A DNA stretch of 64,000 nt from Roseibacillus sp. (GTDB lineage: Bacteria; Verrucomicrobiota; Verrucomicrobiia; Verrucomicrobiales; Akkermansiaceae): the NCBI GenBank assembly GCA_965242925.1, contig CBDEUM010000014.1:64001-128000 (forward strand), given 5' to 3'. Below are positions 1-9,241 of this stretch, in pieces; the stretch's first letter is position 1; the number at the start of each line of letters is the position of its first letter. A program made the position numbers and the translations under genes. The notes under the pieces were generated by a model that had not been told where the DNA came from, made no database searches, and saw nothing but the letters and a program-made list of their open reading frames with translations.

Positions 1-490
1 CGATCGAACTGACGAAGGAATCGTGCGGATTGTTCTCGAACCAGGCCCTCGGTCCCATCGGCTCAAACTTTCCTTCCTCTTCAGAGACGTTGAAGCTGAA
101 GTTGAGCTTGTTGTCATCACGCGAATTCCCTTTCTCCCCTCTGGTGAGAAGAAAAGCCGTGACGATGGCAAGCACGGGAATGAGAAGGGAGAAAACCCAT
201 AGCAGGATCCGGGGAAAACCCCGCTGGCCACTTCTGTCATCACCCCAACGCTCCTCTACCGGTTTGCCCTCCTGCTGTGCTTCCTTGGCAGACTTCAGGC
301 GAGCCAGCTGGTCCTTCAGACCGATCGCACCCATCTCCTCGTCAGCATGCATATCCCGCAGAATCTCCCGCTTCTTCAGGAAAAGTGTCTTGCGGGACTC
401 GCTGCGCCGCTTACGGCGTTTCCGGACGACCCTCATGCCTTCCGGCAGCCCCTTGGAGGAGTCATTCGAACTGGATTCGTTATCGGCCAT
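1..490 (-). CDS. Hypothetical single-pass membrane protein, 3' end outside the window; probable distant relative of the three adjacent genes
   Basis: Not in the ORF track. Manual translation from ATG at 490 gives MADNESSSNDSSKGLPEGMRVVRKRRKRRSE..., then a hydrophobic helix ILLWVFSLLIPVLAIVTAFLL, open to the window edge. It shares the VVR+polybasic then TM layout of 542..1912. Confidence 0.75.
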   Translation of the reverse strand, partial: MADNESSSNDSSKGLPEGMRVVRKRRKRRSESRKTLFLKKREILRDMHADEEMGAIGLKDQLARLKSAKEAQQEGKPVEERWGDDRSGQRGFPRILLWVFSLLIPVLAIVTAFLLTRGEKGNSRDDNKLNFSFNVSEEEGKFEPMGPRAWFENNPHDSFVSSI

Positions 491-541
491 GGGGATTGAG
501 GGGGAAGAAAACAGGATAATCTCTTTCAGGGCAAAGGCAAT

Positions 542-1912
542 TCAGCGCCCATCTCCCGTGCCCGCATCCGGTTTCAACAGACTCTCCCCATCGCTCTCGG
601 CAGGCACTACATGGCTAAAATCCTCCTCATAGCCATCCGCCAGCCAGTTCCCGGCCAAAACTTTGCCAACCTTCAAGAGGCGCCGGTTGTCGGCTGTGCT
701 CTCCCAGTAGAGCTTGACCCGGACCCGCCGTAAGCCCTTGGGATCGTCGTGCCAGAGCCCGGGCTGACCCAGTTCCCAACTCTCCGGATCGCGCTCCAGA
801 ATCTCCTGCAGCCGCAGGCCGCTCTCGGAATCCCGTGCTACCACCACGGGTGGAGAATCCTGCCGCCATATTTCACTGCGATCCTCCCGGGGTTCGAAGA
901 ACTTCAGGACCATCACGGCTTGTCCCTCCTGAAACCTCCCCGTCGTGCGCCGCACAAAAAGGCGGAACTCACCGGGAACATTGTTCCCCTCGATGTCGGA
1001 CCGGAAGAGTTGCCAGGAGTTCGCCGAATACCTCACCAGTGCCTCCCAGTCGATCGCCCACCGGCTTCCATCACGCATGAAGGTCACCTCCCGGAAGTAG
1101 GGTTCCGGCTGCTCTGCCGCGGGTTGACCGTCCTCATCCTCCACCGGCGCAAAGTCCACCTGGAAGACCGCCTCGATCACGGGATCATCAGGCGAATGAA
1201 GAATGAGGTTGGCCCTCAATACCGTGACCCTGCTGCCGACAGGCAACTTCCACATCTGGTTCCGTTCGTAGTAGCTCACCATCTTCGGAGCAATCTTCGC
1301 CGAATCCCAGACAAACTGTGCCCGGCCAGTCCAGATTGGCTCCTTGAGAAATCCAAGCAGGATGGCGTGACAAGCGGGCATCTCCTTGCGCAGCAACTCC
1401 TCCATTCCTGCCTGCAAGGAGGCCCGTCGCCCGTCCTCCTCCTTCTCCTCACTGTCACTCTCCGAATCCGCCACACCCTCGCGGTACTTCATGAGAATCA
1501 CCACCAGCATCACCAGGATAGCCCATCCACCGAGGAAGAGCAGGGGGCCAATAACGATCCTCTTGCGCTTCTTGCGACGCCGTACCACCTTCTTGTTCCC
1601 GTCGTCGGAAACAATCTCGTCAGTAGGCCGTAAGGAATCTGCTTTGCTCTCGGCCTTGATCTCGTCAACCGTCATCGCCTCAGAGAGCACTGGCGCAACC
1701 CGGCCTGCGGGACGGCGGCGTGTGCTCACATTCCGCTGAACCATCGCTCCGCTGGCGGTAGCGGTCGGCTGTTCAACCATGCGGGGTGTGATGGATAACG
1801 ACTTACCCAATTCATACCCGCACTCTCCGCAAGTCCGCTCAGCATCAGTCTCCACCGAGACCAGAGCACCACAGGATGGGCAGTGATAAAATTCCTGCGA
1901 GGTTTCAGGCAT
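542..1912 (-). CDS. Hypothetical membrane protein: N-terminal Zn-ribbon, polybasic run, one TM helix, extracytoplasmic domain
   Basis: CPSC...CGEC, RRRKKRKR, TM PLLFLGGWAILVMLVVILM, and motif IDWEALVRYS shared with neighbours (YDWEASEGYS). Confidence 0.8.
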   Translation of the reverse strand: MPETSQEFYHCPSCGALVSVETDAERTCGECGYELGKSLSITPRMVEQPTATASGAMVQRNVSTRRRPAGRVAPVLSEAMTVDEIKAESKADSLRPTDEIVSDDGNKKVVRRRKKRKRIVIGPLLFLGGWAILVMLVVILMKYREGVADSESDSEEKEEDGRRASLQAGMEELLRKEMPACHAILLGFLKEPIWTGRAQFVWDSAKIAPKMVSYYERNQMWKLPVGSRVTVLRANLILHSPDDPVIEAVFQVDFAPVEDEDGQPAAEQPEPYFREVTFMRDGSRWAIDWEALVRYSANSWQLFRSDIEGNNVPGEFRLFVRRTTGRFQEGQAVMVLKFFEPREDRSEIWRQDSPPVVVARDSESGLRLQEILERDPESWELGQPGLWHDDPKGLRRVRVKLYWESTADNRRLLKVGKVLAGNWLADGYEEDFSHVVPAESDGESLLKPDAGTGDGR

Positions 1913-4225
1913 GAATCTTGGGGACGGGCCCTACGGTCAAAGGAGATATTCACAATCACCTATTCCCCCACGACATTCAAGCCTTCAGGCGGCCTAAGGC
2001 TCCGGGGTTACCGTGGGCGTAAACCAGTCAGGGTGAATGAATTCCACAATTTCCACCTGATTTGAACGCGCCCCTTCGGGGCCCTTTCGGACCCGGATCG
2101 TGACCCGGCCCACGGTGGGCATAAATACACGACCGGAAAAGTGACTCATTATTCTCTTGTTGCCCTCGCTGCTGCGCCGGGCAAAAGCCCATACGAATTC
2201 CCCCGGATCACTGTGATGAAGGGTATAACTCTGGAATTCTTCTTCCGGGAAACTGGGAGTGTAGAAATTCGAAGGCTTGACGATGCCGCGCATCAACTTC
2301 GACTCCTCGCCCGTCAGTCGATCTGTTTCGCCGGGGAGGATCTCGCTGTAGCCCTCGCTGGCCTCCCAGTCATACTTGAAGGAGTCGTCCTCCTTGGTGA
2401 AGTAGGCCACCGCCTGGAGGTGATTCGGCCCCAATCCCACCACGATGAGATACGCATACTTCCCGGACGAGGCGGCGCGAAGTTCACGCTTGGTGATCGG
2501 GTAATGGCGAGCGGGAACCGCCTTACGTTCCAACCATGCCAATCGCCGTAGCCGGGACTCTTCGCCCCCACGAATAAACTTGGCCAATTCCGGACCCTCT
2601 GCGGAATTCACCTTCTCCAGCAAATCCGCGATCTTGGGCAGGATCTCATCGCCTCTGGCAACGAATTCCGCGATTGGATCGTCGCTCACATCCTCGTTCA
2701 TCGTCAGCCGATCCGGTTCCTCCAGCGAGGTCGGATTGACTGGAATATCGAAACTACGACTCAGGAACACCCCGAGGACAACAATGCATAACGCTCCGGC
2801 CAGCACCCACCACAAGGACACCACCTGGCGTCCCATCCAGTCAGCCTCCTGTTTCGCCTCTCCTCTGTGGTGCCGTTGTCGACCTGATTTGGAAATGCTC
2901 CGCTTGCGACGCCATGCCAACTTCTTGTACCCGTCGTCGGAAACAATCTTGTCAGGAGGCTGCTGAGAGTCTGTTTTCCCCTCGGTCTTTACCTCGCCAA
3001 CCGTCATCGCCTCAGAGGGCACTGGTTCGAGGATTGCGGGGCGGCGGCGTGTGGTCGCATTCCGCTGAACCACCGCTCCCTTGGCAGTGGCGGTCATCTG
3101 TTCGGCGATGCGGGGTGTGATGGATAACGACTTACCCAATTCATACCCGCACTCTCCGCAAGTCCGCTCAGCATCAAGTTCCGCCGAGACCAGGGCACCA
3201 CAGGATGGGCAGTGATAAACTTCCTGTGAGGGTTCAGGCATGAATCTTGGGGATGGTCCCTACGGAAAAAGGAGATCCTCACAATCACCTATTCCCCCAC
3301 GACATTCAAGCCTTCAGGCGGCCTAGGGCTCTGGGGTTGCCGTGGGCGTAAACCAGTCACCGTGAACGAATTCCACAATTTCCACCTGATTTGAACGCGC
3401 CCCTTCGGGGCCCTTTCTGACCCGGATCGCGACCCGGCCTGCGGTGCCCGGAAATGTGCCGCCGGAAAAGTGACTCACTATTCCCTTGTTGCCCTCGCTG
3501 CTACGCCGGGCAAAAGCCCATATGAATTCCCCCGGATCACTGTGATGAAGGGTAAAACCTTGGAATTCTTCCTCCGGGAAACTGGGAGTGTAGAAATTCG
3601 AGGGCAGGATTATGCAACGCATCAACTTCGACTCCTCGCCCGTAAGTTGATCTGTTTCCCCGGGGAGGATCTCGCTGTAGCCCTCGCTGGCCTCCCAGTC
3701 ATACTTGAAGGAGTCGCCCTCCTTGATGAAGTAGGCCACCGCCTCCAGCCAATCCAGATTCTGTCCCACCATGATGAGATACGCATGCTTCTCGGCCGAG
3801 GCTGCGTGAAGTTGACGCTTGGTGATCGGGAAATGACGAGTGGGGACCGCCTTACGTTCCAACCATGCCAGTCGCCGTAGCCAGGACTCTTCGCCCCCAC
3901 GAATGAACTTGGTCAACTCCGGACCCTCTGCGGAATTCACCTTCTCCAGCAGATCCGCGATCTCGGGCAGGATCTCATCGGCTCTGGCAACGAATTCCGC
4001 AATTGGAACGTCGCTCATATCCTCATTCATCGTCAGCCGATCCGGTTTCTCCAGCGAGGTCGGATTGACTGGAATATCGAAACTACGACTCAGGAACACC
4101 CCGAGGATAACAATGCATAACAGCCCGGCCAGTACCCACCACAGGGACATCACATGACTTCCCATCCAGTCAGCCTCCTGTTTCGCCTCTCCTCTGTAGT
4201 AGCGTTGCCGACCTGAGTCGGGAAT
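1571..4225. repeat. Imperfect tandem duplication with a unit of ~1329-1332 bp
   Basis: Matching sequence at 1801/3130, 1994/3323 and 2832/4161 (offset 1329) and 1571/2903 (offset 1332, one-codon indel). The intergenic spacers 1913-1993 and 3242-3322 are nearly identical. Confidence 0.95.
1994..3241 (-). CDS. Hypothetical Zn-ribbon membrane protein; chimera of the two flanking genes
   Basis: The first ~112 aa match the N-terminus of 542..1912; the rest matches the C-terminal ~300 aa of 3323..4678. Confidence 0.85.
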   Translation of the reverse strand: MPEPSQEVYHCPSCGALVSAELDAERTCGECGYELGKSLSITPRIAEQMTATAKGAVVQRNATTRRRPAILEPVPSEAMTVGEVKTEGKTDSQQPPDKIVSDDGYKKLAWRRKRSISKSGRQRHHRGEAKQEADWMGRQVVSLWWVLAGALCIVVLGVFLSRSFDIPVNPTSLEEPDRLTMNEDVSDDPIAEFVARGDEILPKIADLLEKVNSAEGPELAKFIRGGEESRLRRLAWLERKAVPARHYPITKRELRAASSGKYAYLIVVGLGPNHLQAVAYFTKEDDSFKYDWEASEGYSEILPGETDRLTGEESKLMRGIVKPSNFYTPSFPEEEFQSYTLHHSDPGEFVWAFARRSSEGNKRIMSHFSGRVFMPTVGRVTIRVRKGPEGARSNQVEIVEFIHPDWFTPTVTPEP

Positions 4226-4678
4226 GCGCCTCTGAGCAATCACTGGTCGCGACGAACCCGTCAGATCGTCCGGCGCAGGCCCCCCCGTAGGGGTGCTCCT
4301 CTCCAGATCATCCTGCCCTCCCAGCACACGGGGCTCCGGTTTAAGCTCGGCAGGCACGATCAGGGACGAACTGCTCCCAGCCCGCCCCGAAGCTCCCCGT
4401 TTTGCTCCGGGAAGACCCAGATCCTCAAGCTCTCCGTCAAAAAGCTCCTTCTCACTCAGCGGATCGTCATCGGAAGGAAGATTGCCCTCCCGGGACGATT
4501 TCTTATCCCGGAGACGACGGGCGGCATCCCACAGCGGCACATTGCGCTGCAGCTTGCCCGAAGGCTCATCTGGCTGGAGAGGAATCGACTTGCTAGGCCC
4601 GGAATCTTCCGGTGGGTCAGTTGATGGTGGGAGCCGAGCCACGAGCTCGCAGGCTAACGCCCTCCTTAATATCAGCAA
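3323..4678 (-). CDS. Hypothetical single-pass membrane protein (start uncertain; GTG at 4642 is possible)
   Basis: Low-complexity N-terminus, TM LWWVLAGLLCIVILGVFL, DWEASEGYS motif; paralogue of 1994..3241. Confidence 0.8.
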   Translation of the reverse strand: MLILRRALACELVARLPPSTDPPEDSGPSKSIPLQPDEPSGKLQRNVPLWDAARRLRDKKSSREGNLPSDDDPLSEKELFDGELEDLGLPGAKRGASGRAGSSSSLIVPAELKPEPRVLGGQDDLERSTPTGGPAPDDLTGSSRPVIAQRRIPDSGRQRYYRGEAKQEADWMGSHVMSLWWVLAGLLCIVILGVFLSRSFDIPVNPTSLEKPDRLTMNEDMSDVPIAEFVARADEILPEIADLLEKVNSAEGPELTKFIRGGEESWLRRLAWLERKAVPTRHFPITKRQLHAASAEKHAYLIMVGQNLDWLEAVAYFIKEGDSFKYDWEASEGYSEILPGETDQLTGEESKLMRCIILPSNFYTPSFPEEEFQGFTLHHSDPGEFIWAFARRSSEGNKGIVSHFSGGTFPGTAGRVAIRVRKGPEGARSNQVEIVEFVHGDWFTPTATPEP

Positions 4679-4799
4679 CTTAAATCTGGGCCTCCTCTCC
4701 GCTCAGACTATCCCTCCGGGACCACCTTTCCCATATGGATAGCCAGCCGAACCGTGGCCGCTGGAGCAAGAAACCCTCCCCTTGCAACGGAACCCGGCG

Positions 4800-6779
4800 T
4801 CAGTCCAGGAGTGCCCTCATGTTGCCGAAGAAATCATCCACATCATCATCGTCGGCGAGCGCATTCATCTCTTCCACGTAATCGCGCTCCACGATCCACT
4901 CCTCTCCCAGTTCCTCCAGGAAGGAGCTTGGATCGCATCGCACCAGTTCGCCATACTTCCTGCGCAGAGCACAATAACTCAGGAAGAGCTGCTGCTGCGC
5001 CCTTGTAATCCCCACGTACAACAAGCGACGCTCCTCATCCCTCGTTCCCTCCTCCATACTTCGCCAATGCGGCAGCACCCCCTCCTCCAGTCCCACCAGG
5101 AACACCACCGGAAACTCCAGTCCCTTCGAAGCATGCAGGGTGATCAGGGTAACCCCCGATTTCTGCTCGAGTTCCTCTTCCGGCTCCGCGTCGAGGGCAG
5201 CCTCGTCGAGAAATTCCTGCAGGCTCCTGCCCCTTTTCATGGCGTCCGTCAGGGCCACCCCCACCTCGCCCACCGCCTCCCGACGCTGCTCACGTTCTTC
5301 CTCAGTCCGGCAGGAACGCATGAGCCATGAGAGGTAGTCGACCTCCTGGAGCAGTTCGTGCAGAGCTTCCCCCACCCGATCCCCAGCGCTCCTGAACCGC
5401 GCGGAGAATCCCTCGATCAACTCCACGAAGGACCGTACCGCTCCTGCCCCCCTGGCGGATAGCTGCCCGGTGAAGGACTCGTCCTTCATCGCTGCCCAGC
5501 TCTGCACTCCCTGTTCGCGACAGTGCTCCAGCAGCAGCATCGCGGTGTTGGTTCCGATCCCCCGAGGCGGCGTGTTCAGGATCCGCAGGAGAGCCACATC
5601 CGCCCGCTGATTGGCGAGCACCTGCAGATAGGCAAGCACATCACGCACTTCCCGCCGGTCGAAGAAACTCTGCGCACCAACCAGACGGTAGGGGATCTCT
5701 TCCTGTCGGAAAACCTGCTCCACCTTCCGGATGTGGGTATTGGTACGGAAGAGGACCGCGAAGTCCTCCCAGCGCCCGTTCTTCCCGGCCAGGGCACGCC
5801 GGATCTCCCGGGCCACCCAGAAAGCCTCCTCCTCGTCACCCGGGAGAGTCATGAGCGCCACCTTCTCCCCACCCCTGATGGTGGCCCGCAGGATCTTCTC
5901 GTGCCGGGAGGGACTATTCAGAATCAACTCATTGGCAACGCTCAGGATGGCCTCCGTACTCCGGTAGTTGTTCTCAAGCCGCACAATCTTCGGGTCCGGG
6001 AAAAAGTGTCCGAACTGCAGGATGTTACTCACCTGCGCCCCCCGCCAGCCATAGATACTCTGGTCGTCGTCACCCACCACGCACAAGTTGTGGGGCGGCC
6101 CGACGAGCTGCATGAGAAGGTCCATCTGCAATCCGTTGGTATCCTGAAACTCATCCACAGTCACGTAGCGGTAGCGCTCCCGCCAGTAGTCACGCGCCTC
6201 CTTGAACTCGCGCAACGCCTGCTCCGCCAGGACGAGCAGGTCATCGAAATCGAGCGCATTGCGCGCACGTAACTCGCGCTGGTAACTCATCGCCACCGTG
6301 CGGATGAGGTCGTCGGGAATCTCCCCCACCGACATCCCCGCATTCTTCTGCCGGGACACCGCCGAGGCCACATCCCAGGCCTGGATCTTCTGTTTCGCCC
6401 CTCCGTGCCGGACGATGAGCTGTTTGAGCAGGCCATCCCGGTCACTCCCGGCCGCGATGCTGAAATTGGTATTGTAGCCCAACAATCCGGCATGCACCCG
6501 CAGAATGCGCACGCAGAGGGAATGAAAGGTAGACACCGTCATCTCCTCCGCCGCTTCGCGGCGCACCATTCCACCCACCCGCTCCCGCATCTCGCAGGCC
6601 GCCTTGTTGGTGAAGGTCACCGCCAGGATGTTGCGGGGCTCCACCCCCTTCTCCAGCAGGTTGGCAATCCGGTAGATCACCGTGCGGGTCTTTCCCGTCC
6701 CCGCCCCGGCCAGGATAAGGAGCGGCCCTTCGGTAGTCTGCACCGCCTCGGCCTGAGCCTCGTTCAACCCCGCCATCAT
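4800..6779 (-). CDS. ATP-dependent DNA helicase, UvrD/Rep/PcrA family (SF1A)
   Basis: LNEAQ Q-motif, AGAGTGKT Walker A, VTFTNKAA, VDEFQD, VGDDDQSIYGWRGA, NYRS, TLHASKGLEF, EERRLLYVGITRA. Start moved to ATG 6779, which follows an AAGGGAG RBS. Confidence 0.95.
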   Translation of the reverse strand: MMAGLNEAQAEAVQTTEGPLLILAGAGTGKTRTVIYRIANLLEKGVEPRNILAVTFTNKAACEMRERVGGMVRREAAEEMTVSTFHSLCVRILRVHAGLLGYNTNFSIAAGSDRDGLLKQLIVRHGGAKQKIQAWDVASAVSRQKNAGMSVGEIPDDLIRTVAMSYQRELRARNALDFDDLLVLAEQALREFKEARDYWRERYRYVTVDEFQDTNGLQMDLLMQLVGPPHNLCVVGDDDQSIYGWRGAQVSNILQFGHFFPDPKIVRLENNYRSTEAILSVANELILNSPSRHEKILRATIRGGEKVALMTLPGDEEEAFWVAREIRRALAGKNGRWEDFAVLFRTNTHIRKVEQVFRQEEIPYRLVGAQSFFDRREVRDVLAYLQVLANQRADVALLRILNTPPRGIGTNTAMLLLEHCREQGVQSWAAMKDESFTGQLSARGAGAVRSFVELIEGFSARFRSAGDRVGEALHELLQEVDYLSWLMRSCRTEEEREQRREAVGEVGVALTDAMKRGRSLQEFLDEAALDAEPEEELEQKSGVTLITLHASKGLEFPVVFLVGLEEGVLPHWRSMEEGTRDEERRLLYVGITRAQQQLFLSYCALRRKYGELVRCDPSSFLEELGEEWIVERDYVEEMNALADDDDVDDFFGNMRALLD

Positions 6780-6876
6780 CGCTCCCTTAACCTTAACCGT
6801 TGGCTGCCCATCTTGGTCCTGAAAGGAAGCTAGACCTCCGACACAGCGGGGAAAGTGGAATATGCCGGGAGAGCGA

Positions 6877-6912
6877 GAATTCTCTCCTTCCCGGGAATTC
6901 TCTCCTTCCCGG
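6877..6912. repeat. Two perfect tandem copies of 18 bp (gaattctctccttcccgg) in the divergent intergenic region
   Basis: Read directly from the sequence. Confidence 0.9.
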
Positions 6913-7013
6913 GCCTTCCCGGGGAAGCTCACTCTCCAGCTTCCCTCCCTTGCACTCCCCGGAGAAGGGCCTTAGAATACTCCGCGGATAGATAAACCAC
7001 TATCCAAATCACC

Positions 7014-7736
7014 ATGTTTGAGAGTTATCAGAATCCTTACGTCGTGGCGGCCGCGCCCGAGGACGTCCGTGCCACCTTCATCCGCCGAACCTACGGACAC
7101 CTCGCCGCCGCTATCGGAGCCTTCATCCTGATCGAATTCGCGCTCTTCCAGATCCCGGGGATCGAGAACAAGGTCATGGAAGCGCTGGCCCGCAGCCCAT
7201 ACAGCTGGCTCATCGTCCTCGGCGGCTTCATGGTGGTCTCCTGGTTGGCCAACAAGTGGGCCCTCACCTCGGCCAGCAAGGGAATGCAGTATGCGGGACT
7301 CGGCCTCTACGTGGTCGCCCAAGCCGTGATCTTTCTTCCTCTTCTGCTCATTGCTGCCAGCCCCCGGTTCCTCGGTGCCCCCGAAATCATTGGACAGGCC
7401 GCCATCATCACCGGGACGATGTTTGCCGGACTGACTCTCATCGCCTTCACCACCAAAAAGGACTTCTCCTTCCTCGGAGGCATTCTCAAGGTCGGTTTCC
7501 TGGTGGCCCTCGGCATCATCGTGGCCTCCATTTTCCTGGGCTTCAACCTCGGCCTCCTCTTCTCGGGTGCCATGGTCCTCCTCGCCTCCATCTCAATCCT
7601 CTACAGCACCAGCAATATCATCCACCACTACGGGACGGAGCAATACGTGGCGGCCGCCCTCGGCCTTTTTGCCAGCGTGGCCCTGCTCTTCTGGTATGTC
7701 CTGCGCATCCTCATGATCCTCCGGTCCGGCGACTAG
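7014..7736 (+). CDS. Bax inhibitor-1/YccA family membrane protein
   Basis: RATFIRRTYGHL, TKKDFSFLGGIL, YVAAALGLFASVALLFWYVLRI; about seven hydrophobic helices. Confidence 0.92.
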   Translation: MFESYQNPYVVAAAPEDVRATFIRRTYGHLAAAIGAFILIEFALFQIPGIENKVMEALARSPYSWLIVLGGFMVVSWLANKWALTSASKGMQYAGLGLYVVAQAVIFLPLLLIAASPRFLGAPEIIGQAAIITGTMFAGLTLIAFTTKKDFSFLGGILKVGFLVALGIIVASIFLGFNLGLLFSGAMVLLASISILYSTSNIIHHYGTEQYVAAALGLFASVALLFWYVLRILMILRSGD

Positions 7737-7768
7737 ATCCTTCCCTTCCCGGACAACTCAGCTCCAAG

Positions 7769-7796
7769 CGCCGGCGGGTTCCCCTGCCGGCGTTTT
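7769..7796 (+). terminator. Probable rho-independent terminator
   Basis: Stem cgccggcggg / cctgccggcg with a ttcc loop, followed by tttt, between convergent genes. Confidence 0.65.
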
Positions 7797-7836
7797 ACGT
7801 TGCCCGGCGGCCTCCCCCGCGGGACACCTCCCGGCC

Positions 7837-8211
7837 CTACGAAGACGCTTCCCGCGCCCGGCGTGCGGCCTTGAAGGAGCGAATCGCCATCACGGTGAAG
7901 AAGAGGCAGATCGCGGTCATGAGGGCAATCAGCACTGGCCCCGGGCCACTGAGCTCTCCCTTGATTGCGGTCGGTATCAACCGGCCAAGCCCGGCCAGGG
8001 CCCCCAGGGCGGAGAAGAGCACCGCGATGTGCATCCCAGCCATGTTGTTCTTCAGGGCTACCAGGCCTCCGAGCAGCATGGGAGCGCCTACAAAGGCAGG
8101 AATGAGGGCCGTAATCGACTGTTTGCTGGCCCCGATGGCCTCCCATCCAAAATAGCCCACCGCCCCCACAATGATGAGGGCTGCCGAACACAAGAAGCAG
8201 CGATTTCGCAT
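7837..8211 (-). CDS. Small four-helix membrane protein
   Basis: Four hydrophobic segments, SITALIPAFVG motif, basic C-terminus RSFKAARRAR. Confidence 0.75.
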   Translation of the reverse strand: MRNRCFLCSAALIIVGAVGYFGWEAIGASKQSITALIPAFVGAPMLLGGLVALKNNMAGMHIAVLFSALGALAGLGRLIPTAIKGELSGPGPVLIALMTAICLFFTVMAIRSFKAARRAREASS

Positions 8212-8253
8212 GGAGGCATCCTACCCTGCAAAAGATCAGGGTCAAGCGCGCCC

Positions 8254-8303
8254 TCGCGACCTGGGCCCTTTCGCGACCTGGGCCCTTTCGCGACCTGGGC
8301 CCT
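8254..8303. repeat. 17 bp tandem repeat (tcgcgacctgggccctt), about three copies
   Basis: Read directly; it abuts the apbE stop codon. Confidence 0.92.
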
Positions 8304-9241
8304 CAGGCCGGAGCCCGGTGAATAGCCAATTCCACGTCCTCCCACTTTGCAATGAGCTCCCGGGCATCCTCATCGCTCACTACCGCACAGGCGGTGGAGA
8401 GGGCATCGGCGAGCCAGGCCTCCCCGGCCGTCACCGCCACCACCCGGCGATCCTCCGCGCAGGATCCGCTTCTCGGGTCAATGAGATGGTTCTTCCCGGC
8501 TCCCGTGCCGAAGTACAATCCGGATCCTGAGGACACGGCCAGGGCACGATTCCGCAGCGACACTTCCTCACCCGCCAGTCCACGCAGTCCGACTACCCAG
8601 TCCTTGCCGGAAGGTTGCCCCCCCAGGGCACGAAATTCGCCGAGGTTGACCAGGCAATGCCGGGCCCCCGCCTCGCGCAGGACTTCACAGACCCGGTCCG
8701 TGATCCAGCCCTGGGCGATGCCATTGAAGGTCATCGCCATCCCACTCTGCTCAAATCTCACTTCCTCCTCCGAACAGCGGACCCGCCGGTAATCAACCCG
8801 GACCAACTGGCGGGCCTGCTCGGCGGGGTCGATCCCGCCCGTGCTCTCCACCGCCTCCCGCAACCACTTCCAGTAGGGTTGCACGGTGGGATCAAAGGCG
8901 CCCCCTGAGCGTTCCGCTACCTCCAGCGACTTCCCCACCAGGTCCACCAGCTCGGCGGGCGGATTCGTCAGCCGTCCGTCACGGTTGAGCCGGCACAGGG
9001 ACGAGTCCGGGAGATAGAGTGAAAACAGAGCCTCCAACCGCTGCATCTCCGTCACACAGTCGGCGATCAACTCCTCCGCCTCCTCCACGGGCAGGTCGTG
9101 GACAGCGAGGTCCACATCGGCATTGAAGAGGACTCCCCGCCACCGCGTTTCCTGGAAATTCCGCCGTGCCCGGCAACCATTCCCCATCAGGGAAGCCGCA
9201 GTGGCCCCGGCCAGGATTGAAAGGGAACGACGGCGATTCAT
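8303..9241 (-). CDS. apbE: FAD:protein FMN transferase (flavin transferase)
   Basis: Tat/lipoprotein-like N-terminus MNRRRSL...GNGC, SLCRLN, SGGAFDPTV, NGIAQGWITD, HLIDPRSG, ADALSTA. Confidence 0.93.
   Translation of the reverse strand: MNRRRSLSILAGATAASLMGNGCRARRNFQETRWRGVLFNADVDLAVHDLPVEEAEELIADCVTEMQRLEALFSLYLPDSSLCRLNRDGRLTNPPAELVDLVGKSLEVAERSGGAFDPTVQPYWKWLREAVESTGGIDPAEQARQLVRVDYRRVRCSEEEVRFEQSGMAMTFNGIAQGWITDRVCEVLREAGARHCLVNLGEFRALGGQPSGKDWVVGLRGLAGEEVSLRNRALAVSSGSGLYFGTGAGKNHLIDPRSGSCAEDRRVVAVTAGEAWLADALSTACAVVSDEDARELIAKWEDVELAIHRAPA

Noticed and set aside
8254..8303. Possible CRISPR array (also considered for 51723-51791 and 6877-6912)
   Set aside because: The units are directly adjacent with no unique spacers, are too short, and no cas genes are present.
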